Part shown: in pieces, positions 34,230-44,009 of the stretch
Numbering within the stretch: position 1 is the first letter of the stretch
Layout of the letters: every line of letters starts with the position of its first letter
DNA from: Caldisericia bacterium
GTDB taxonomy: Bacteria > Caldisericota > Caldisericia > UBA6126
DNA: 64,000 bases
Reading direction: 5' to 3'
NCBI GenBank assembly: GCA_040767255.1
Contig: JAXGOZ010000005.1
Span: 26,045-90,044 of the forward strand
The notes under the pieces: generated by a model
Database searches by the model: none
What the model was told of the DNA's origin: nothing
What the model saw: only the letters and a program-made list of their open reading frames with translations
Position numbers and translations under genes: made by a program

Positions 34230-34298
34230 TCCAAATTAATATGTTTACTTAATAGTAGCAGATTACAACAAAAAAAATGTTACAATACATCGTAAGAA

Positions 34299-35975
34299 AT
34301 GCAAAAGGATAACAAAACAAACAAAAACCCAAAATGGGATGAATTAATTCAGAACGTGCGCACGTTTCCTGACTCACCAGGCGTATACATCATGCGAAAT
34401 GAAAACGAGGATGTTCTGTACGTTGGAAAAGCAACATCATTAAAAAAACGTGTTAGCTCTTATTTTTACAATCAAAAAAAGAATAAGAGAATTCGTCAAT
34501 TGATGAATAATGTTTACTCAATTGAATACATTGCTACAAAATCTCCCTATGAGGCCTTAATACTGGAATGTAACTTTATCAAACGTCTTTTACCAGAGTT
34601 TAATCGTGCATTAAAAGATGCAAAGGGGTATCAGTATTTAACTTTCACAAACCATCCCTTTCCTTCTTTTTTAAAAGTAATGAGAATGCAAAAGGATGAT
34701 GGTATCTATTTTGGTCCTTTTACGAGTTCCAAAAAAGCTACATATCTTCATCGTTTGATTTTATCCACGTTCAATTTGCGAAATTGTAAAAAGAATTTAT
34801 CAAAAAAAGAAAACAAACCCTGTCTTCGATACTATATGAACCAATGTCCGGGATGTTGTACCGGACAGATCTCCCACAATGAGTATCAAAAGCAGGTTCA
34901 ATATGCTATCCAATTTCTAAAAAATGATGTTCATGCAGTGCAAGCAAGGTTAACAGAAAACATGACATTGGCTGCGAAAGAACAAAAATACGAGTACGCT
35001 GCACTTCTTCGGGATCAGATTCAATCTATTAGTGCTATTCAGGAAAGACAGAGGGTAATCACCAAACCAGATTTCGATGGAGATTTACTCGCCATTTATT
35101 CTTTTCAAGACAAAGCGGTCATTGATTTAATGAAAGTTCGAGAAGGAAAAGTCATTTACGAAGATCATTTTTACTACTACCAAACATTTGGTGAAGAAGA
35201 AGAGGGAATTTTGCAGAGTTTTCTTCTCCAATATTACTCTGACCTTAGCTTCTTTCCTCCACCTAAAGATATTCTAGTTAGTACCGAGTGCCCGGATCTG
35301 CTTGAAATCCAACAGCAGATAAAAACGAAATTTCCGAAATCTTCTTTTCAGATCAAACATCCTAAGAGGGGATCAAAAAAGCAACTGATTGATTTTTGTC
35401 TTGATAACGCTAAGAAGCATTTTCAAACAAAATTTCCTCATTATTTCGATCAACTGAATCCCCTTTTAATTGAGATTCAGAACATGTTTCAGCTACCTTC
35501 CATACCATACCGTATTGAAGGATACGATATCTCTCATATGCAAGGTGAAAACACCGTAGGTTCCATGGTTGTTTTCATCAATGGAAAGCCAGCAAAAAAA
35601 TACTATCGATACTTCAAGGTTCGCTTAGCTTCTTTACCAGATGACACTGGATCTCTCCGTGAGGTTATTCAGAGAAGAATACAGCACGATGATGAAGATT
35701 TTGGAACACTGCCCGATCTTTTTTTAATTGATGGCGGGTTGGGACAGCTCCATGCAGTATCGAGAGTTCTTCAGGAGAATCAAATTGAGTTACCGGTACT
35801 CTCTTTGGCAAAAAGAGAAGAATTGATTTTTACAGAGAAAGGATCTAATCCAGTTCGACTAGATCAAGAAAGCTCTACAATACTTAAACTATTTCAGCAA
35901 ATTCGTGATGAATCTCATCGTTTTGCCAAGAAACAATATCAATTGCAACACTCAAAAAGTACTCTAAAAGAATAG
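34299..35975 (+). CDS. uvrC: Excinuclease ABC subunit C (no C-terminal HhH domain)
   Basis: PDSPGVY...LYVGKATSLKKRVSSYF (GIY-YIG), YEYAALLRD (UVR), RIEGYDISH, IDGGLGQL, IRDESHRFA. Confidence 0.95.
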   Translation: MQKDNKTNKNPKWDELIQNVRTFPDSPGVYIMRNENEDVLYVGKATSLKKRVSSYFYNQKKNKRIRQLMNNVYSIEYIATKSPYEALILECNFIKRLLPEFNRALKDAKGYQYLTFTNHPFPSFLKVMRMQKDDGIYFGPFTSSKKATYLHRLILSTFNLRNCKKNLSKKENKPCLRYYMNQCPGCCTGQISHNEYQKQVQYAIQFLKNDVHAVQARLTENMTLAAKEQKYEYAALLRDQIQSISAIQERQRVITKPDFDGDLLAIYSFQDKAVIDLMKVREGKVIYEDHFYYYQTFGEEEEGILQSFLLQYYSDLSFFPPPKDILVSTECPDLLEIQQQIKTKFPKSSFQIKHPKRGSKKQLIDFCLDNAKKHFQTKFPHYFDQLNPLLIEIQNMFQLPSIPYRIEGYDISHMQGENTVGSMVVFINGKPAKKYYRYFKVRLASLPDDTGSLREVIQRRIQHDDEDFGTLPDLFLIDGGLGQLHAVSRVLQENQIELPVLSLAKREELIFTEKGSNPVRLDQESSTILKLFQQIRDESHRFAKKQYQLQHSKSTLKE

Positions 35976-37490
35976 TTACAATATGATTTCAAGAGGTAAG
36001 ATATTTTGAAATGCTCCTTGTAAGATTTGATCTCCCATGATCTCCATCTCAGAATAAATGGATCGATCAACAAGAAGGGGCTGGAAATGTGGAGCAATAC
36101 TCTCATAAATCTTTTTAGCGGTAGAGCCCATCTTGCTACGATCCCGAAATTCTAAGCACTGAAAAGCGGTAAGGAGTTCAATTCCTATGATGCGAGAAGT
36201 ATTCCAGACTATTTCGTGTAGTTTCATGCAGGCATTTGGCGCCATACTCACAAAATCCTCCTGATTTGCTGATACTGGTATGGAGGTTGCTGTGGCAGGG
36301 TATACTAGGGTTTTATTCTGAGAGACTAAAGATGCATCTGTATACTGAACAATCATAAGACCTGAGTTCAAACCTGGTTCTTTTGCAGCAAAAGCAGGAA
36401 TTCCACAGCTTAGATTAGGATCCAGCAGTTGATTCACACGGTGTTGAGAAATTTCACCAACGGTCTGCAATGCTATGGCTAAGTAGTCTGCAAATAATGC
36501 AATAGGTTGAGCATGGAAGTTTCCCCCAGATATCACTTGATCTTCTTTAACAAACAATAAGGGATTGTCTGTAGCAGAATTCATTTCCGCATGATTTACC
36601 CCGATACAATATCGTATTGTATCCAGAACTGGTCCAATCACTTGAGGGATACATCGAAATGAATATGGATCTTGAACCCGAGGAGAAGAATCTATCAAAT
36701 GAGAATCTTGAAGAGATGCTTCTAGTATTTTTCCTGCAAGTTGCTGTCCTTGATGGGGTTTTTGTTGGTGTAGCAAAGATGAAAAAGCCGGTTTGCAGCC
36801 GCAAAAAGCCTCCAAAGATAAAACTATAGAGCAAAACGCACTATCCATCAAATGAAGGACATTCATCAGGGTAATGGACAGCATTGCACAACTCATCGAT
36901 GTTCCATTGATAAGAGCCAAACCTTCTTTAGGTTCTAAGGTAATGGGTCTTAGTCCATGATCTCTTAAAACGAACCGAGATGGAATCTTTTCATCATTCT
37001 GAAAGCACTCCCCTTCTCCCAGCAAAACCAATGCCAAATGAGCCAATGGAGCTAAATCTCCGCTTGCACCAAGTGAACCTTTAGCTGGAATAAAAGGTAC
37101 AATTTCATGATTTAGTAGATCAATCAAGGCATCAATAACCTCTTTGCGAACACCTGAGCATCCAACCAAAAGAGAGTTTACACGAATAAGAATCGTAGCA
37201 CGAACAACTTCTTCAGGAAGCGGTTTACCTACACCAACTGCATGGCTTCGCAGCAAATTCACCTGAAGATGCGTTGCTTGAGATTCATTGATTGTTGTGC
37301 TTGAGAGTTTTCCAAATCCAGTGTTGATACCATACACAACTTGTTCGTTTTCAAGAATCCTACTTACCTAATCTCTGGATTCTTGAATTCTGGGTATTGC
37401 ATCAGGATGGATGCCTACTTTTTCCTTCTTATATGCAACAGACCGAATCGCATCCAGTGACAACGAGTGGCCATCTAGTAAAATACTCAC
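35976..37490 (-). CDS. hutH: Histidine ammonia-lyase (in-frame TAG at codon 41)
   Basis: GTG start overlaps the lysS stop; YGINTGFG, SHAVGVG, MIO motif GASGDLAPL, QDPYSFRC, SGGNFH, SANQEDFVSM; 505 codons including stop. Confidence 0.92.
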
Positions 37491-38953
37491 CGATCCCTCC
37501 TACGAAGCTGGGGAAACAACAGTACATCACGTATAGATTCGCAGCCTGTGAGAATCATCACGATACGATCGATACCAAAACCCAATCCTCCCGTAGGAGG
37601 TAGTCCAAATTTTAAAGCCTCGATATAGGAACGATCAAACGTATGTGCTTCTTCATCACCGTGTTGCCTTGCATCGCTCTGGGCTAAAAATCTTTCTTGT
37701 TGGTCCACAGGATCATTAAGCTCTGTGAAAGCATTTCCTACTTCCAAAGAACCCAAGATTAATTGAAAACGTTCTACCCATTGTGAGTTTTGTGATGTTT
37801 TCTTTGCCAAAGGAGAAAGTGGTAGTGGGTACTCATACAGGAAAGTTGGATCCGTTAGATTTGGTTCCACTTTCTTTTTTAACACCTCATCAACAATATT
37901 TGCCCAGCTCATATGCTTATCGACATGTATTTTCTCGTTACGTAAGTACTCCTTTGCGTATTGTTCATCCTGCAATTTGTGAATATCAACATGAGCATAA
38001 TAATCAAATGCTTCCGCAAGTTTCATTCGTTTAAAAGGAGCAGAGAGATGAATAGTCTTCCCTCGATACTCTATAATATCTTTGTGTAAAACATGATCAC
38101 GTATTCCGATAAGAAGCTTTTCGGCGATATCCATCATGGTTTCATAATTACCATAAGCTTCGTACAGTTCCATTAGCGTAAATTCAGGATTATGGTTGAC
38201 AGAAATACCTTCATTTCGATACGCTTTACCGATTTCAAAAACTTTATCGAATCCCCCTATAATCAAACGTTTCAAATACAATTCAGGGGCTATTCGAAGG
38301 TAAAAGTCTTGATCAAGAGCGTTGTGGTGAGTCATAAAAGGTTTGGCCAAAGCACCTCCATAGATCTCTTGGAGAGTGGGAGTTTCAACCTCCATATACC
38401 CTTCCTGGTGCAATGTTTCCCGAATAGATCGGAGAATATCGGAACGCATATGAAATGTGTTGCGAACATCTTCGTTCATGATCAGGTCTAAATATCTTTG
38501 TCGATACCGAACTTCAATGTTTTCAATTCCGTGAAACTTTTCTGGGAGAGGACTTAGTGCTTTCGATAACAATTCACATTTTGATACACTAACAGTAATT
38601 TCGCCTGTGTGGGTTTTAAAAACCTCGCCAGTAACGCCAATAATATCACCTACATTAATTCTTTTCTTTACGAGCTGAAATGTAGCTTCATCAAGATTAT
38701 CTTTGCGGAAATAAATCTGAATTTTCGTTCCACCCGATAAAAGATGGGCAAAGCCAGCTTTGCCGTGAAGTCTTTTTGTAACAACTCTTCCAGCAATGGT
38801 AACAGTTTGATTTTCTAGTGTTGAAAAGTTTGATAGAACATCTTTTGCTTGGTGAGTAGGAAAATATTTTAAAGGATAGGGTTCTGTTCCTTCTTCACGT
38901 AATTCCTGTAGAAGAGCTAGTGTTTCGGTATCAAATAGATTCTGATCTGACAT
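37487..38953 (-). CDS. lysS: Lysine--tRNA ligase, class II
   Basis: RYRQRYLDLI, EVETPTL, YLRIAPELYLKRL, HNPEFT, GLPPTGGLGFGIDR. Confidence 0.97.
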   Translation of the reverse strand: MSDQNLFDTETLALLQELREEGTEPYPLKYFPTHQAKDVLSNFSTLENQTVTIAGRVVTKRLHGKAGFAHLLSGGTKIQIYFRKDNLDEATFQLVKKRINVGDIIGVTGEVFKTHTGEITVSVSKCELLSKALSPLPEKFHGIENIEVRYRQRYLDLIMNEDVRNTFHMRSDILRSIRETLHQEGYMEVETPTLQEIYGGALAKPFMTHHNALDQDFYLRIAPELYLKRLIIGGFDKVFEIGKAYRNEGISVNHNPEFTLMELYEAYGNYETMMDIAEKLLIGIRDHVLHKDIIEYRGKTIHLSAPFKRMKLAEAFDYYAHVDIHKLQDEQYAKEYLRNEKIHVDKHMSWANIVDEVLKKKVEPNLTDPTFLYEYPLPLSPLAKKTSQNSQWVERFQLILGSLEVGNAFTELNDPVDQQERFLAQSDARQHGDEEAHTFDRSYIEALKFGLPPTGGLGFGIDRIVMILTGCESIRDVLLFPQLRRRDR

Positions 38954-39720
38954 TAAGACTCCTTTTTTCGTATCTCCACTAATCGATATCGTACTGCTCC
39001 TGTGGGGAGTACAACTCGAATCACATTCCCTACTTGATGTCCAAGAAGAGCGCTTCCTAATGGAGAAAGATTTGATATTGCATTTGTAAAGGGATCTGCT
39101 TCTAAAACAGATACGATTTTGTATGTTTGTTTTTCTTTTGATTCAATACTCTCTATGACAACGCTGTGCCCCATGCGAACTGTTTCACTATTGTCATCGT
39201 TATTGTCTTCATCCACGATGATGGATTTACGAAGCATATTTTCAAGTTCAGAAATGCGGATTTCGACTACGGCTTGTTCTCTTTTAGCATCTTCATACTC
39301 GGAGTTTTCACTTAAATCTCCCAATGCTCGAGCCTGTCGAATTCTTTCAGATATCTCTGCCCGTTTGACAGTTTTAAGCTCTTTTAACTCACTTTTTAGT
39401 ATTTCAAGACCTCTTTTGGTTAATTTAAAACCGTCACTATCTTTTTCCTTGTACCCAGATGAAATATCAATCGTAGAGGTTTTACTGGCTTTAGGTACAT
39501 TTTTTGAATCAGTAGAAGTTTTGGTTTTTTTTACAGTGGACTTAGATTCTGTTGGTTTTTTTTCAGAAGTTGGGGTAGTTGTTTTTTCTTCTAGTTTTTT
39601 TTCTTTTTTTACTTTAGTGCTTTTAGGAGCACATTTGGTGGTCTTTTTCTTCGAAGTAGAAGTGCTTTTCTTTTTTGATGCTTTTTTGGCAATCGTCTTT
39701 TTTTCTTCTTTTTCTGTCAT
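38953..39720 (-). CDS. greA: Transcription elongation factor GreA with ~95-aa Lys-rich N-terminal extension
   Basis: ARALGDLSENSEYEDAK, ISNLSPLGSALLG; greA-lysS synteny. Confidence 0.93.
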   Translation of the reverse strand: MTEKEEKKTIAKKASKKKSTSTSKKKTTKCAPKSTKVKKEKKLEEKTTTPTSEKKPTESKSTVKKTKTSTDSKNVPKASKTSTIDISSGYKEKDSDGFKLTKRGLEILKSELKELKTVKRAEISERIRQARALGDLSENSEYEDAKREQAVVEIRISELENMLRKSIIVDEDNNDDNSETVRMGHSVVIESIESKEKQTYKIVSVLEADPFTNAISNLSPLGSALLGHQVGNVIRVVLPTGAVRYRLVEIRKKES

Positions 39721-40634
39721 TAGACATCTCCTTCATCAGATAATTTAATAATTCTTGGTTGAATAGGATATTGTTGAAATAAGTCCATAAAATCTTCAAT
39801 AGGAATTTGATCCGGTGATTTGTGAAAATGAGCACAAACACAAGCTTCTAAAACATTCGTTCCAAACGAACGACCTTGAAATTCCGGGGTCACAGAAATT
39901 ACATATCGTACACCTCGTTCTTTCAAGATGTTAATTTCTTCTTCTGTTAATGTATTAGTAATGATGGTTTTGCCTTCCATAGAATCGGGAAGATGCTTAT
40001 AGATCAAATGAAAATCTCCTGCAACAATATCTGCACTATCATAGGCTTTCTTGTATTTTGGTACAATGATATCTTGATCTTTAACAGGATATAACCATTG
40101 AAAAGGTACTTTCACTAATATGGGCCAAGCTACGTAAGCGATAAAATTCATCCATTTCTCGCTATCCATAGCATCGTTTCCAATCCCAAGTCCAAAAGCT
40201 ACATCTCCCCAGCGAACACGAAAGCCTTCTTTCTGAAATGCTTTGTATAGAAAATAGCGAGAAGTGGCAGAAGGTATCATGACAACTTGGTCAGGATGAA
40301 TGATTCCTTGTTCCACAAGAGTATGGACACTCATAGCTTCTAGAGTGCTTTTTACTTTTGAACCATCTGCAACTGGAGTTTGTTTGACATTTTGAATAAC
40401 AGCAGAGGCATCTTTAAAACGGTATGTTTTATGTCCATAATGAACCCATAAATCAAAACCTCCCATACCAAACGCATCTACTTTTCCATCATATGACTCA
40501 TATAGTTCTTTAAGTTTCTTTTTATCACCATCGGTGCCAATTCTTTGAACTTGGAAATCTTCACCAAACAAAGAAACATCTGCAACATGGTCTCTTCGAG
40601 AAGATCCCATGCTTAAACTCAATACTTTTTTCAT
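39720..40634 (-). CDS. Conserved protein of unknown function (family often labelled 'quinate 5-dehydrogenase')
   Basis: SLSMGSSRRDH, RIGTDGD, DGKVDAFGMGG, ADIVAGDFH, GRSFGTNVLEA. Confidence 0.7.
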   Translation of the reverse strand: MKKVLSLSMGSSRRDHVADVSLFGEDFQVQRIGTDGDKKKLKELYESYDGKVDAFGMGGFDLWVHYGHKTYRFKDASAVIQNVKQTPVADGSKVKSTLEAMSVHTLVEQGIIHPDQVVMIPSATSRYFLYKAFQKEGFRVRWGDVAFGLGIGNDAMDSEKWMNFIAYVAWPILVKVPFQWLYPVKDQDIIVPKYKKAYDSADIVAGDFHLIYKHLPDSMEGKTIITNTLTEEEINILKERGVRYVISVTPEFQGRSFGTNVLEACVCAHFHKSPDQIPIEDFMDLFQQYPIQPRIIKLSDEGDV

Positions 40635-40670
40635 GATGTACCTATATTTCTAATGAATGTCGCACGATAA

Positions 40671-41666
40671 TTATACATGAAAAAAAGTGCTTTGATAATT
40701 CCTGAGAATTCGAAAAAGTGACTCACTGTCTTTTGCTTTATTCACTTGATCCCGAACGGATCCTGACTTGGGTAATCCTCGTAAGTAATCGTGAATTGGC
40801 CTGCGCATTTCACGAATTGCTTGATTTTCTCCTTTTAGAGATATTTCAAGCTGAATATGCTCCTGTAAGGTGTCGAATATCAATCCAGAAGAAGGTCTTC
40901 TGTAATCCACGACTCTGGGATCTTCACCATTGTAAATATCTAGAACATCTTGAAAAAACCATGGTTTTCCCAAACAAGCTCTTCCTATCATAACTGCATC
41001 GGCTTTGGTATAAGATAAAATCTCCAAAACATCGCTGGGTTTTTTGATTCCCCCATTTGCACAAACTGGGATCGTAACCGTTTCTTTTGTTCTAGCAATT
41101 TCATCCCAGTCTCTGCTACCCTTTGAGTTTTGTTTCACGGTAGCTCCATGAATTGCAATAGCAGCTATTCCTTCCTGTTCTGCAATCTTGGCCACAGAAG
41201 ATGCAATTGGTTGATTAGGACGATACCCGACTCTGGTTTTAACCGTAACAGGTATAGATACGGCATTTACAATTGTCCGAAACAGCAAAGGAAGCTGAGA
41301 CAGATCAGATAGTAATTCTCCTCCGCTACCACTTCTGGCAATTTTCGGAGCAGGGCAACCCATATTAATATCGATCATATCATAGCCTAATTCTTCTCCC
41401 ATTTTTGCAGCTTGAGCCATTTTCTCGGGATAAGCACCAAAAATCTGCAAGGCAACAGGGTGCTCTTCTGGGTAAAAATGAAGCATGTCAATAGTTTTTT
41501 GGTTCTGGAAGCACATTCCCAAGCTGGTAATCAATTCTGTAACCACCAGCCCTGCTCCAAACTTTCGACAAATTTTTCGAAAAGGGGCATCGGTATACCC
41601 CGCCATTGGTGCTAAAACAAGATTATTTTGAAAGGAGAGATTGCGTATCTTCCACGTTTTTTTCAT
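40671..41666 (-). CDS. dusB: tRNA-dihydrouridine synthase B
   Basis: LAPMAGYTD, IDINMGCPAPK, PVTVKTR, ANGGI, VMIGRACLGKPW; coaX-dusB-greA-lysS synteny. Confidence 0.93.
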   Translation of the reverse strand: MKKTWKIRNLSFQNNLVLAPMAGYTDAPFRKICRKFGAGLVVTELITSLGMCFQNQKTIDMLHFYPEEHPVALQIFGAYPEKMAQAAKMGEELGYDMIDINMGCPAPKIARSGSGGELLSDLSQLPLLFRTIVNAVSIPVTVKTRVGYRPNQPIASSVAKIAEQEGIAAIAIHGATVKQNSKGSRDWDEIARTKETVTIPVCANGGIKKPSDVLEILSYTKADAVMIGRACLGKPWFFQDVLDIYNGEDPRVVDYRRPSSGLIFDTLQEHIQLEISLKGENQAIREMRRPIHDYLRGLPKSGSVRDQVNKAKDSESLFRILRNYQSTFFHV

Positions 41667-42429
41667 AAATCGATAGTAGTCCTTTCAAGTTTAAAATTGG
41701 ATCAATGATGTCAATTTCAGGGACACCTTGAGCAATATCTCTGCACAATCCTCCGCAGCCGATAACATAGGCGGGTGAATCTGGTATTTCCTTTTGGAAC
41801 CCTTCTATCATTGTTCGAACCAAGCCTTGAAAACCATAAAAAATACCAGATTGAAGAGACTCTTTTGTATTCCGTCCTAGATAACTTCTTGGTTTTTTTA
41901 TCTCGATACGGGGTAGTTTTGCTGTATTCATGAAAAGCGATTCTGCAGATCGAATCATTCCAGGAGATATGGCAACACCAAGAAGTTCTTTTTTTGATGA
42001 TATGGCTGAAAACACAGTAGCAGTACCAAAACTAATCACAATGGCGGGTAATCGTCCCAAAAAAACAGCTCCAGCAGCACCTGCGATAATATCTGCACCC
42101 ACTTCTTTAGGATTCTCAGCCATAATCACTATCCCTGTTTTTACACCAGGCTGTATAAACAAGGGTTGGATATGGAAATATCGCTGGGCCAATGATTCAA
42201 AGATTGGGTTCAATGGTGGGACTACCGAACATATGACAATATCTTTTACAGAGGAAATCGTGAATCCAGATCGCATACAAAACATTTCCAACAGAAGAAT
42301 GTATTCATCAGAAGTTTTTCCCCGATCTGTTGCGATTTTAAAAAAGTGAGTGATGGTCCTCTTCTTTGCAAATCCAAATTTAATATTTGTGTTGCCCACA
42401 TCAATTGTCAAAACCATTGCAAAATCCAA
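41623..42429 (-). CDS. coaX: Type III pantothenate kinase
   Basis: IDVGNTNIKFG, CSVVP, EVGAD, SFGTAT, TAKLP. Confidence 0.93.
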   Translation of the reverse strand: MDFAMVLTIDVGNTNIKFGFAKKRTITHFFKIATDRGKTSDEYILLLEMFCMRSGFTISSVKDIVICSVVPPLNPIFESLAQRYFHIQPLFIQPGVKTGIVIMAENPKEVGADIIAGAAGAVFLGRLPAIVISFGTATVFSAISSKKELLGVAISPGMIRSAESLFMNTAKLPRIEIKKPRSYLGRNTKESLQSGIFYGFQGLVRTMIEGFQKEIPDSPAYVIGCGGLCRDIAQGVPEIDIIDPILNLKGLLSIYEKNVEDTQSLLSK

Positions 42430-42478
42430 TCCAATGAAAGCTGTAAATCATTCATCATAAAGCAATCTTCTTTCTTGG

Positions 42479-43069
42479 TTATCTTCCTAGATACGGTATG
42501 GTAAAAACATATTTCAACGGATACAAAGCAGCTACAACAGCAGAACAAATAAAAGCAGCAGCTACTGCTTCAATAGAAGCTGGAATGATGCTTGCATAAA
42601 CAACTGTTAAATTTGCTTCAATTGATTCGCCAAACAAGCGAAAAATGGTAGCTAAACCTAAAGTAAACACAGTATTTGTAAGAGACCCAGCTATAGCAGC
42701 AACAGAAGAGGGTACAATAGTATGTTGAACTCCAGTTTTTTGTTTGTTACGAGTTGATAGAGCAACAAGTCCTATAAAGACATAATGAGCCACAACTCCA
42801 ATAAACATTTTTGCGGGAATCACGATCCAAAAAGGAAATCCAAGCATGGATGTAAAAATACCGAATATCACACCACAGATTAATGCAATATCTGGGCCAA
42901 ATAAAATACCCGCTAAAATAACGGGAATATGAAAAATAGTTGCCGCAATGGTAGGAGTACCAATTGGGATGAATCCCCATCCGGTAAAACCTAGTAATAA
43001 GGTGATAGCAATTAATAACGCAGCTAAAGTAACTCGTCGCGTCCCAGTAATCATAGAATTCTGAACCAT
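42479..43069 (-). CDS. ECF transporter S component, PanT-like
   Basis: Multi-TM; GFIPIG, ATIFHIPVILAGIL, GSLTNTV; directly upstream of coaX. Confidence 0.82.
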   Translation of the reverse strand: MVQNSMITGTRRVTLAALLIAITLLLGFTGWGFIPIGTPTIAATIFHIPVILAGILFGPDIALICGVIFGIFTSMLGFPFWIVIPAKMFIGVVAHYVFIGLVALSTRNKQKTGVQHTIVPSSVAAIAGSLTNTVFTLGLATIFRLFGESIEANLTVVYASIIPASIEAVAAAFICSAVVAALYPLKYVFTIPYLGR

Positions 43070-43256
43070 AATACACTCCAATCCTTTCTGGTATCGGGTA
43101 GATCCATATATAAAAATTGACTAGCAGACTTTTTTTAAAAGTTCCACCTTGCAAAACATTTTAAATTCAGTATCATATTTTTGCAACGGTTTACGTTTAC
43201 TATGTTTTCGCATGGATTCGTTTAAAGCCGAAATTTTAAAGAAAGGCAAGTAACAT

Positions 43257-43499
43257 ATGAATAGTATTGCAACCATCCGAACAATCGTAACAGCACTTGT
43301 TTTCATTTCCTCTGCTGGCATTATATTAGGATACTTGCTGCAAGCACCAAAAGCATCTGGTCTTGGCGCTATTTCTGGTAATGCTACTGTCTATAAATCA
43401 AGAAGACCCCTTGATTTATTTTTAGATAAAGTTATTCTATGGTCTGGCATTTTATTTGGAGTTTCTACTCTCATCCTTGCCGTCCTTAGAAGCGGTTAA
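43257..43499 (+). CDS. secG: Preprotein translocase subunit SecG
   Basis: 80 aa, two TMs, LLQAPKASGLGAISG; followed by tRNA-Leu(GAG), a common synteny. Confidence 0.85.
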   Translation: MNSIATIRTIVTALVFISSAGIILGYLLQAPKASGLGAISGNATVYKSRRPLDLFLDKVILWSGILFGVSTLILAVLRSG

Positions 43500-43542
43500 A
43501 TCTTACTTTAACTGTTCCTTGAAAACTGAATATTGGACATAC

Positions 43543-43624
43543 GCCGAGGTGGCGAAATTGGTAGACGCGCACGCTTGAGGGGCGTGTGGAGAGATCCTTG
43601 TGGGTTCGAGTCCCACTCTCGGCA
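43543..43624 (+). tRNA. tRNA-Leu (GAG)
   Basis: Acceptor GCCGAGG/TCTCGGC, D loop TGGTAGAC, anticodon arm CACGC-TTGAGGG-GCGTG, long variable arm, T arm GTGGG-TTCGAGT-CCCAC. Confidence 0.95.
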
Positions 43625-43630
43625 GAATAA

Positions 43631-43713
43631 GGGCGGATAGTTCAGGTGGTAGAACGCGCTCCCCAGCACGCACAGAGGAAGTCGTAAGGTTCAAATCCTG
43701 CTTCGCCCAGCCA
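43631..43713 (+). tRNA. tRNA-like gene, anticodon unreadable (possibly Val)
   Basis: GGGCGGA...TAGTTCAG..GGTAGAAC...GGTTCAAATCC...TTCGCCC; anticodon arm garbled. Confidence 0.6.
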
Positions 43714-43720
43714 TTATCAT

Positions 43721-43799
43721 GGGGTCGTGGTGTAGCGGTTTAGCTTTGCCAGCCTGTCACGCTGGAGACCGGGAGTTCGAATCTCACTCGAATCTCCGC
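43721..43799 (+). tRNA. tRNA-Asp (GTC), with local errors
   Basis: GGGGTCGTGGTGTAG; anticodon arm CCAGC-CTGTCAC-GCTGG; GAGTTCGAATCTC. Confidence 0.78.
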
Positions 43800-43918
43800 T
43801 TTAACTACAGATAAGCTCAGTCTTCGTCAGAACTGCACATACCTTGTCCCTATGGTTTTATTCAATGTATAGGCACTTTTCTCCTTCGTGGGATGATTGT
43901 GTCAGTACTAACTATCAC

Positions 43919-44005
43919 GGGGTCGTGGTGTACGTAGTTTAACACGCTCCCAGCGCTGTCTTACGTTCTCTGGAACCAGGAAGTTCGAATCTCCTCGATC
44001 CACGC
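43919..44005 (+). tRNA. Second, degenerate tRNA-Asp-like copy
   Basis: Same 5' GGGGTCGTGGTGTA, CTGTC core and GTTCGAATCTC as the copy at 43721, with many indels. Confidence 0.5.
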
Positions 44006-44009
44006 TTTT

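Noticed and set aside
39119-39748. 209-aa antisense ORF over greA, and other short opposite-strand ORFs in the track
   Set aside because: Shadow ORFs of low-complexity or conserved genes, with no recognisable motifs or RBS.
43800-43918. Extra tRNA or ncRNA between the Asp copies
   Set aside because: Only a weak AGCTCAG D-arm-like fragment is present; no T arm or acceptor stem can be built.
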